From NCBI GenBank assembly GCA_043228905.1, contig JBHGNT010000017.1, positions 18,290,001-18,354,000 on the forward strand: 64,000 nt of DNA, given 5' to 3'. This document shows positions 40,099-50,462 of the stretch, one piece after another. The DNA is from Azolla caroliniana (Eukaryota; Plantae; Polypodiophyta). Both the position numbers and the translations under genes were made by a program. The notes under the pieces are model-generated. The model was not told the origin of the DNA, ran no database searches, and saw only the letters and a list, made by a program, of their open reading frames with translations. Within the stretch, counting starts at the first letter, position 1, and each line of letters begins with the position of its first letter.

Positions 40099-42304
40099 AC
40101 GTGAAGTGTGCCTACTGGTAGATTCTCCAAAGGGTGCAACATCAAGGATTATTTGTGAAGGGGAGATTAAACAATGCATAACTTCTCCACATGTACCTCA
40201 TGTAGAGACATTTAACATGGACAACCGCCACACATATTTCTTATACATATATCCATAAGGTTATATTAAGAAAATTCTAATTTTCAAATATTGTGCTTTT
40301 TTGGAAAGAATGTACAGAAGTAAGCGAGGACTTGTTGGTTATGTATGTGCACAACAAACAACACAGATAGTATGACAGAAGAAATCATGGAAACGTAGAT
40401 GCAGTTCAAGCTCTAATGGAAGCTCTCGTTATTCTGTAACTTTGTACTCAGAGATTCAATATACAAGAAGAATATCAAAATTCTTAGTTACAACGTTAGG
40501 TTGTCACTTATATACTAAGCCCTAACTATTTGGACGTGTTCACACTAGGATACAAAGTCGAAGGAGTCGGCTTGTTATGCCAACTGTTGAGATATCAAGC
40601 TCAACGAGGTTTAGCTATTTAGTCAACCATGTAACTTAGTAGTTACATAACTAGAATCTAGTTAGAAGTGTTGACCTTAAACCCTTAAATAGGCTCTTGT
40701 ACTTGTACGTAAGTGGGGATACATTCTAGATCCGCCACTACCAAGTATATTTAATATAGGACTTACATCCTTGTACCTATATTCTACTCACACATGTGCA
40801 CCCTTGCACATGAGTTGTAGGTATTTTTGTAAGTTAATTAGCTACACTCTTGTTAATCATCCCCCATTTATATTATTGTTCATAAGTGTAACTTCCTCTC
40901 TCTCTTCCTCTCATACACATACACACACAAATCACATAATCTTCCGCTGCTTAACTACTCACATAATTAGTCACTAGTTAACCCTAGTTAATTACCTAAT
41001 TATTAACACCAACAAACTCCCCCGTAACGGGACTACTCTTTCCTACATGTACAAGTGATTGGGGTTATCTACCTCGCAAACCTAGATTACAAAATTAATC
41101 TAAATTTATATTACAAATTAGTCGGGATGTAGCCGAGTTGGCAAAGATGAAGTCGACGTCTACATTCAAGGTTCGGCTGGTTCGAGTTAGTCGAATCAAC
41201 TTATTCGAATCGTTCTTCATTCGAATTGGTTTGATTGTCGCAGTCGGCTTGTGTTTGATTCGCAATTTTGGCCTTGTATCGATTGTTCGTAGCTTGCTCA
41301 TTTCAGCTCTTGTGCGTCTTGTTGGATCCTCGATATGTATCTGAGTTCATTTGCCTCTCGATCATTTCCTTTCCAATCGGTATCCTCGCTTCGTGCTATT
41401 TCTTCAGCCCCTCGTGTTTCCGAATATGTCGATTTCGCTCTTCTCATGAGTTTGTTCCGACCGAGTTTTGACTTCCCTTTTGCCCCTCGTTCAACGTTCT
41501 TTTGCTCGGTCACTTCTCGTAGTCCCATTTTTGTCCTCAGTGTTCCAAAGCATTGATCTGGGAGTGGCTTCGTTAGGCAATCAATGATGTTCACCAAGGT
41601 GTTGATCTTCTGGACTTCGAGCTTTTTCTCGGTTATGAGCTCCCAGATGTGATGATACCGCACATCGATATGTTTTTTCTTAGCATGATATACATGATTG
41701 TTTATGAGGTGTATTGCACTCTGTGAGTCATAAAAGATGGTCGGTCAGTTCGACTTGTAACCAAAAAGTTGGTAGTCAGTCGGTGTAGCCAAATCACTTC
41801 CTTCGCTGCCTCTGACGTTGCTATGTACTCGGCCTCTGTGGTCGACAGGTGTCAGGAATAGTACTAAAGCAGAGATGGAATTAGTACTAAGAAGAGCAAT
41901 ACTATTAGTACTAAGAGGACGGGATTGCGTAAGATTCCCGAGAGAGGAAGTGAGAAGAGGAGAGAGAGAGATAACGAGGATGAAAAAGAGAGAAAGATGA
42001 TGACAGCAGCTAATATATTATGTGAAAAGATAAGTACAAGCGGCTAAGAGGCTTAAGACTGGCGTTGAACCAATTTGGTTCAACATAAGGCCTAGTGCCT
42101 TCTTTTATAGTGTTGTCAGGAGTAATCCTGAAACTTCTAGAATGTTCCAGAGAAATCTGGAATATAGATTACTTTCTTATAATAAAACATAAATGAAAAT
42201 AATATCCTATGAATTACAATAGATGGTGTGATGGTTAAGAGCTTGACCCATATACCATAAGGTCATGGGTTTGAGTCTTGCCATATCATGACACTATCTC
42301 TCCC

Positions 42305-45300
42305 TTAACGACGACGAGTGGAACGAGTCGGCACTGATTGCGGACCGGGTTTATCTGGATACTTTCGGTAGAAATCAGCAAGTAGATCCTGAGCATTGGC
42401 AACATGCTCGATGGGTTCCCAAGTGCGTTCGCTCGGACTATAACCAACCCAATCAACCAAATAATAAAGTTTGTTGCGAATAAGTTTGGAATCGAGGATG
42501 GCAGCAACTTCATACTCCGGGTCGACGTCCAACTCCAGCGGGGGCGGCGGTGGTGTAACACGATTGGGAATGGTGTTTTCTGACGGGAACTGAACGCTCC
42601 CTCTACGCAACGCTCAGCCACAACCGAGCTTAGAATGATACACAGAAATCGGGAAATAAAACGCGACACAAAGAAGAGACAAGGTACACAGGAGGTTTAC
42701 GTGGAAAACCCCAAACTAGGGGAAAAAACCACGGCAGCCCACAGGCTGCAAACTATCACTATGATGAAATGTACAACTCTGAGTTCACTGAGGCACCGAC
42801 CTCGTGCTCACAGATCTTCGCCACAGGCGGCGGTTACAACAGAGGCAACGACCTCTTTCTCTCTCTCTCTCTCTCTCTCTCTGTATAGTTACGCACACTC
42901 TCTATTCTTGCACCAACAAGAATGACAACAACTCTCTCTAAAAGTTTGCCCTAAGTCATATTTATACTAATATGACTTTTCGGCTATTTACAAATGTAGC
43001 CGCAATGGACTATCAAAAACATATTTACTAATATGTCTCTTCATCCGGTTCATACCGGGTCTGTACCATCCGGCTCTCCGTAGCCAGGTACTCTTCATCC
43101 GGTTCATACCGGGTCTGCACCATCCGGCTCTCCGTAGCCGGGTACTCTTCATCCGGTTCACACCGGGTCTGCACCATCCGGCTGTCCGTAGTCGGGTACT
43201 CTTCATCCGGTTCACACCGGGTCTGCACCATCCGGCTCTCCGTAGCCGGGTACTCTTCTTCTTCTTCGGCCTCGGCCGAGTTTGTTCGTCGGCATTGTTC
43301 TTCTCCCTTCCCATCCGGAGGGACCTGTCTCCCAACATTTTCTTTATAAGGTTCAAGAAGAGAACAATGGAAAACCGGATGTATCTGAAGCTGCGGAGGG
43401 AGATCAAGGCGGAATGTGACATCATTAACTTTACCCGTAATACGGAAAGGACCGAGTCGTCGATAATCCAACTTGTCGCACGGTCGAGTAGTCTTGATAT
43501 GACGACGTAAGAGCCATACTCGATCTCCGATGGCAAAAGAGGAGGGAAGCCGATGACGATCCGCGTAAGTCTTCTGTGTCTGTTGAGCATGACGAAGATG
43601 AGTCGAGAGATCTGTCTGGATCTTGCGTAGTCTCTCCAAATGATCCCCGGCACGAGGATTGGTAGGTAGCTCCGGGGTGTCGATCACCGACCAACGAGGA
43701 TGAGAACCGGTATAAGCGTAGAATGGGGAGACTCGAGTCGAGGAGTGAACAACATTATTATATGCAAACTCCACAAAGTGGAGAATCTCGGCCCAATCGT
43801 CTTGTTGATAACTCAAGAAACACCGGAGATATTGCTCCAACGTTTGGTTTGTTCGCTCTGCCTGCCCATCGGTTTGAGGATGGTAGCCGGAGGAGAGGTT
43901 GCAAGAGACCTTGAGCATCTTGAAGAGATGCTGCCAAAATTTGGAGACAAATTGTGGTCCTCGGTCACTGATGATATTGTCTGGGAGGCCATGATGTCGA
44001 AATACCTCACGCATGACTAGGGCGGCAGTCTCCTCGCTAGTGATGGCCTTAGTACACGGAACAAAATGTGCCATCTTCGTATATTGATCGACGATGGTTA
44101 AGATAGCATCGAACCCCTGCGAGACCGGCTGATCTGTGATAAAATCAAGACAAATAGACTGCCGCGGCTGACTTGGAATCGGTAAGGGTTCCAACAAGCC
44201 ATATGGATGGTGTCGTGGCATCTTTGCTCGGTAGCAAGCATCACAAGTCCGAACGTAGTCGTCGACAAAACGGCGCATGTGGGGCCACCAAAAAGATCGC
44301 TGCACTAGCTCCAACGTCTTAGTACTATCGAAATGTCCCGCCGTATGGGTGTCGTGACAATGCTGGACGATTTGAAGGTGACAGGAGCAATCGGGGACAT
44401 ATACACGCTTTTTAAAGAATAACAAACCATCATGATATTCGAATTGTTAGTAGTCAATACCTGGTTGTTGAGACTGAGAACAGGATGCCCGAGAAGTATC
44501 AATGTGCACCAGGATGTCTTGAGCAAAACTATCCGTCTTCAAGTTTGCACGTATGTCATCGGTAATCCATGAATCCATCGGGGTGTGAAAAATCCGCGTC
44601 GTGTGAGAAAGGATGCTACCGAGGGCGAAATCTGAAGCATCGGCCTCCATGATGAATGGTTTGCTAGTATCCACATGAGTTAGAATCGTTGCTGATGTAA
44701 AGGCTTTCTTAAGATGCTGAAAAGCCATATCTGCTTCAACGAACCAAAGAAATGCTTGGCCCTTCTTCGTAAGTTGTGTGAGGGGTAAGATAATCTTCGA
44801 GTAATCCTGTATAAACTTACGGTAGAAGTTAGCAAAACCCAGAAAACATTGTACATCTCGTACCAACCGTGGAATTTGCCACTCTAGTACAGTTTGGACT
44901 TTAGTTGGATCCATGGCGATGCCCTTTGAGGAGATGACATAGCCTAGAAATTCCACTTGCTTGCAGTCAAAGCTACATTTTTCTAGCTTGGCATAAAGAC
45001 CATTCTCGTGGAGTCGCTTTAGTACTAATAGTACATGAGAATCGTGCTCTTGCTGGGTCTTCGAATAAATCAATAGATCATCAAGATAGATGATCAAACA
45101 GATATCCAAGAGGTCTCTGAATATATCATTTGCCATGTGTTGGAAGACTGCGGGTGCATTGGTTAGGCCGAACGGCATAACAGTATACTCGAAATGCCCA
45201 TACCGCGTGCGAAAGGCGGTCTTCCATTCATCTCCCGGTCGGATCCGCACGAGGTTATACGCTCCTCGTAGATCGATTTTGGTAAAAAACTTGGCACCAT

Positions 45301-46246
45301 TAACTCGCTCTAAAAGACTTGATATAAGAGGAAGTGCATACCTATTCCGGATGGTGACCTTATTCAATCCGCGGTAATCAACGACGAGACGAAGTGAGCC
45401 ATCTTTCTTCTTGACAAAGAAGATGGGTGCACCGGCCGGAGATTTCGAATGACGGATGAACCCGCTTGCCAAGTTCTCCTCTATGTAGGCTCGAAGGACT
45501 TCTAACTCGGTGGGTGACAAGTTGTAAATTGGTCCCCATGGTGGCTCGGTTCCTGGTTGTAAATCGATGGGACAGTCATAGGGACGGTGATGAGGAAGGG
45601 TACCGGCTTTTACCTTGTCAAATACATCGGCATAAGGATGATATTTTGCCAGAAGTTGTATTGAGGAGTCCTTCTTAATAGTGCTGGAAGGATGTACTAA
45701 TATTGCAAATAGGAACATTGCCTCCTTGTTTCCTTCTTCGCGTAATTGATGGAGTGAAATGGTCGAAACTCGGTGAGTAGATTCTTGGGGTGGTCGATAT
45801 CGGACTTCTCTTGTTCTCCAATCTATGGCTGGATTATGTAATTCAAACCAAGGTAATCCTAGGACAATGGGATGCTCTGGACTACTAATTATATTAAATG
45901 ATATTACACACACAAAACTACCTAGGACAACTTGAATGGGTTCTGATTCTTCTACAATATTCCCGGAAGCAATGGGACAACCATCAATGACTACTACAGA
46001 TGCGGGACAAGGAAGTTTTCTTAGGGATATCTGAGAAGCTTGGGCAAAATTTCGATCCATGAAACAGGAATTAGCTCCGGAATCTAAGAGTGCTAGGACG
46101 GGTACTGGGGGAGTACTTTTAGTACTAACAATGACTTGGGCTAGGAACACATTGCTAACTTGCTTGGAAGGAATGGAACCACTAATGGGCTGTACAGATC
46201 TAGGGCTACTGTCCAACCAAACGGCTCCTATTTTGGCTGGACTCAA
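42305..46246 (-). pseudogene. pol of element B (PR-RT-partial RH-INT-chromodomain), interrupted by a solo LTR at 42581-43337
   Basis: ORFs 44447-46246 and 43028-44425; chromodomain EYEVAAILDSKLIRNKLYYLVDWVGYSPSERTWEPIEHV at 42305-42580 is in frame with integrase once the solo LTR and one TSD copy are removed. Confidence 0.9.
42581..43337 (-). mobile_element. Solo LTR (757 bp), same family as 35683-36459, with four 54-bp repeats; TSD TTTTC
   Basis: Reverse-complement match to 35683-36459; TTTTC at 42576-42580 and 43338-43342. Confidence 0.93.
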
Positions 46247-48750
46247 TCGTTTAACTCTTCATCTAATTGACTAAGGATTTCAAATTTGTTTGAGATACTT
46301 GGGCTATTAGTACTATGAATACTATTTGACACTCCATTAGTACTATTAAAACTATCAGACACTCCGAAGGGAAGAATTGACTCGGGTTTAGTATAGGCGA
46401 CGATTTGATTTACCTGTCTTCTTGGCCTATGGGGACAATTGATGGCGATATGCCCTGGTCCACCGCAATAAAGGCATAATCGATTGGCACGTCGTCGTTG
46501 CTTTTCTTCTTCCGATAACGGGCCGCATCGACGCATGGTGTCGATCTCCATCGGTGTCGGAATATTGGCTTGAGGTACATCGCGTGCAAATGGTTTAGCC
46601 GTGATTGAGGCGTATGTGGGTTCCGGCCGAGAGCGTGGTATTTGTAACTGACGCTCCAAACGTCGTTCGAAAAGGCGGTTGTCGCATCGGACCGCTCGAC
46701 TAATTGCCTCCGTAAGAGACTTTGGTTCTTCGGGGAAGGTTAAAAGCAGATCTTTGACATCATTGCGCAAGCCGTAGCGAAACTGCTCCATGAGGGCCTG
46801 ATCATCCCAGGGAATATCTGAGGCGAGTAGACGGAAATCCGCCGTGTAGGCAGAGGCTGGACGATCGCCCTGACGCAATCTTCGGATCTTGTTGATCGCC
46901 GTCCTGATGCTGTCGGTATCTCCAAAGCAGGCTTTAAACTCACCAATAAAATCTTCAAAGTTATTAAGCATGGGTGATTGTTTTTCTAGAAGCGGAGCGA
47001 ACCATGCCAAGGCTGAGCCGCTAAGTAACGTGCCTATTAGGCCGACTCGAGATGCATCAGTGGGATATCGGGAAGGATGCATCTGGATGACTAAGCGTAC
47101 CTGATTAAGGAATCCCTGGAATTGCGCTCGCGTTCCATCAAATTTCACAGGAAGTCCAATCTTGGGCTCTTTATGAAATCATTGGGGACTTGATCCTTGT
47201 TGTTGCAACGCTGCTTCGAGTTGTTGTACCCGTAATGCTAACTCCCCATGTTGTTGTTGCGTTTGTTGTTTTTCGAGAGCGACTTGTTGCAGATCCCCTA
47301 TCAACCGTTGGTTTTCTTGTTCCAGGGCAACAAACTTTTCTTTTAGGCACTATAACTCGAAGAAAATGGATTGATATTCTTGGGCGCTAATAGTAGCCAT
47401 AGTATAGGGAAAAGGGTAGGAGGATGAGGGAGAACGACAAGTAGGCTGGAGGAAAGGAAAATTGGTTCAAACTGTTAGGAATAGTACTAAAGCAGAGATG
47501 GAATTAGTACTAAGAAGAGCAATACTATTAGTACTAAGAGGACGGGACTGCGTAAGATTCCCGAGAGAGGAAGTGAGAAGAGGAGAGAGAGAGATAGCGA
47601 GGATGAAAGAGAGAGAAAGATGATGACAGCAGCTAATATATTATGTGAAAAGATAAGTACAAGCGGCTAAGAGGCTTAAGACTGGCGTTGAACCAATTTG
47701 GTTCAACATAATGCCTAGTGCCTTCTTTTATAGTGTTGTCAGGAGTAATCCTGAAACTTCTAGAATGTTCCAGAGAAATCTGGAATATACATTACTTTCT
47801 TATAATAAAACATAAATGAAAATAATATCCTATGAATTACAATAGATGGTGTGATGGTTAAGAGCTCGACCCATATACCATAAGGTCATGGGTTTGAGTC
47901 TTGCCATATCATGACAACAGGTCCGTGCACTCTTGTAGCTTCGACCGCCATGATATGGTGCTGCCACCATAGGTGAATATGTAGCCTAATGTTGAGTTCC
48001 AATTATCCAGATTCCCGGCATAGTCGGAGCCAACTTCGGTTGGGTTTGCCGTTCCGAAAATCATATGGGCATCTTTGGTTCCTTTTAGGTACCTGAAGAT
48101 GTGTCTGACGGCCTCCCAACGCTTCCGTCCTAATTTCAACATGTATCGGCTGACGACCCCCACGACATATGCAAGATCGGGCTTGGTCGCCACCATTGCG
48201 TACATGATACTTCCTACCACCGATGCATAGGGTATCTTTCCATTGAGTTCTCTCCCCTCATCCATTGAAGAAGAGTCCTTATCCGATAGTTGGAAACGGT
48301 GTTAGTGCAGGCTTCGCGTTCTCCATGTTGAAGCGCCTCAACATCGTTCGGATTTAGTCTTATTGGGAGAGTCGGAGAGTCTTTGTCTTCCAATTTCACT
48401 AGATCCTCATGCCTAGTATGTGTCAGGCTTGTCCGAGTTCCTTCATTGCGAACTTGTCATGAAGTCTCCGCCTTAGCTTTTTGATTTCAGATTTATTTCT
48501 CCCTGCAATCCGCATGTTGTCAACATAAGGATCGGATAAATCCAGGACTCGTCGGCCAATTGCTAAGTATATAAACATGGGTCACAATCGGACCGGTTGT
48601 AGCTGAGTTGTCAGATGTAGGAGATGAACTTCTGGTACCACATCCTCGGTGTTGGTTTTAAGCCGTATAGGCTTTTCTTCAATCGACATATGAGGTGACT
48701 GTCCTCCATTGTCTCCGAGAAGACTGCCAGTTGGGACATATATCTCTTTT

Positions 48751-49087
48751 CGAATCTAAGAATATTTGCCTTGATCTTAGGAGGAGAGATTGATGGGGCC
48801 TTAACTCCCTTTCCTCTCATTTTCACACACACCACCATGCCCTCTACTTATTACACCCTTACTCCCATGCACTCCCCTTAGTCTACATGTGCATGTGCAC
48901 CTAAGTGCACATCACATTTACACATCATGAACTTTGTGGTGTACTTTAGCACCTTACATTTCACCCTTCCCTTTACATTTGTTTTCTTATTCTCATTTAC
49001 AATTGCTAAGTGCATGTGCAATGTTGCACATCCCCGTTTTATTTGTCCCACGCGATTTTCTCACCATCGTCGAAAATCCTCACGACA
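48751..49087 (-). mobile_element. LTR fragment (U3 end TGTCGTGAGGATTTTCGAC) related to the LTR ending at 60307
   Basis: Terminal ~75 nt are similar by eye to 60235-60307; the left boundary is uncertain. Confidence 0.55.
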
Positions 49088-49392
49088 ACGTGTTATAATT
49101 AATCGGTTGCGTAAAAGTAATCTAGAAGACATTCGAAAATAGTTAGATTGGAATCGGATAAATATCGGATAACATCCATATCCTAACCAAGACAGTACCA
49201 GAGCTGGTAAACAAGAAAGTGTCGAATGACTCAATGGCACTCAGAACGGCAGGAATCTAAGTTGGACCGGAATGGAAAAAAAAAAAGAAAAAAGAGAAAA
49301 GAGAAAAGAGAAGAAGATAATAATAATAATAATAAAAATAATAGACGTAATCATAACAATAGTAGTACGATGGAAATAAAAAATAAAAAATA

Positions 49393-50014
49393 TTGAACGG
49401 CCATAATGAAAAGGCGATTAGAAGCGGTGTGACGTCAACCTATTTAAAGTGCACCACGCAGGGTAATCATGCTATTATGGTACATGATGTGCATACGCAG
49501 GAATCAAGAAGAGGCGGCTGCGAACAATGGGGATACAAAAGTTCCAGACACACGATGGAGTCTCATTTCACGAAAGAAAGATCTTACGGAGAACAGAGCG
49601 CACAAACTTCCGGAAAGACACTGGCACTCAACCATCGGAATGACCTAGACAAAGAAAGCACAGAACCCATGGCACTCTCAAAAGAAGCAAGGGATTGACT
49701 AAAAAAATTTGAACGGCTATAATGAAAAGGCGATTAGAAGCGGTGTGACGTCAACCTATTTAAAGTGCACCACGCGGCGTAATCATACTATTATGGTATA
49801 CGACGTGCATACACAGGAATCAAGAAGAGGCGGCTACGAACGATGGGGATACAAAAGTTCTAGACACACGAGGGAGTCTCATTTCATGAAAGAAAGATCC
49901 TACAAGCACAGAGCGCACAAACTTCCAAAAAGACATTGGCACTCAACCACCGAAACGACCTAGACGAAGAAAGCATAGAACCCATGGCACTCTCAAAAGA
50001 AGCAAGGGATTGGC
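49393..50014 (+). repeat. Tandem duplication with a 316-bp period
   Basis: TTGAACGGC(C/T)ATAATGAAAAGGCGATTAGAAGCGG starts at 49393 and 49709; both units end AAGAAGCAAGGGATTG. Confidence 0.9.
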
Positions 50015-50462
50015 TCCTCAAGCATGGCCCCGAAGGACTTCTCCGGGTAGCAGAAGCACCATCGCATGAAGAACCGGAGAAGGTCGCGACTACGATTGAT
50101 TTGGACGAACTCTCCGAAGGCACAGTACAGGCGGCCGTAGAACTACCTTCCAGAGGCTTGTACTCCATCGAGAACCCCTCCACCCAAATACTTATGGAAT
50201 ACTTAGGGGAGTTGTCGATCGCAAGCAAGGCGTACCAAACACAGGGCGGTGAAGACCCCTTGCTCCGGGAAGTGGCTCGGGTGCTACTCGAGTACGGATT
50301 TGTACATCCCTGGCCACTCGTCATGCCCAAAAATAGGGCTGGTTTCATTATCGCAACATTCGAAGGCCTAAAGGTGGACTGGTCGGTAATAGTGGCCAAC
50401 TCACTACAGACAACGATTGCGATAAAGATGCGCCGACATGGTAGGGAACCGCCACAACCCGT

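Larger units (their letters stand above)
41850..47916 (-). mobile_element. Near-complete Tcn1-like chromovirus (Ty3/gypsy) element B; LTRs 47473-47916 (5') and 41850-42293 (3'); TSD ACAGG
   Basis: 444-bp LTRs with about 7 differences; ACAGG flanks; PPT AAGGGAGAGATAG next to the 3' LTR; gag 47400-46243 with two premature stops; pol with LLDSGA, YLDD, integrase SDRGPQF/QTDGQAER, GPF motif and C-terminal chromodomain; most of RNase H deleted near 44605. Confidence 0.96.
40333..48750 (-). mobile_element. Old truncated Ty1/copia element G (3' LTR 40333-41014, RT-RH remnants), interrupted by element B
   Basis: LTR termini TGTTGGT...ACCAACA; PPT GGGGGAGTT at 41023-41015; RT/RH fragments LKKSLYGLK, PYASVVGSIMYAM, SWRSKLQECTDL|STTEAEY (split by B), HIDVRYH and DCLTKPL. 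Confidence 0.85.

Noticed and set aside
46201-46242. H-type pseudoknot at the frameshift site (loop TAGG-A-GC with GCCCTA; GT/AC in A2)
   Set aside because: There is apparent covariation, but the connecting loop is only 1-4 nt across an 11-bp stem, which is sterically doubtful. Only the stem-loop is claimed.
47840-47911. Functional tRNA gene in the LTR
   Set aside because: Acceptor and anticodon stems do not pair; only the A/B boxes, their spacing and part of the T arm remain. Reported as a tRNA-like module instead.
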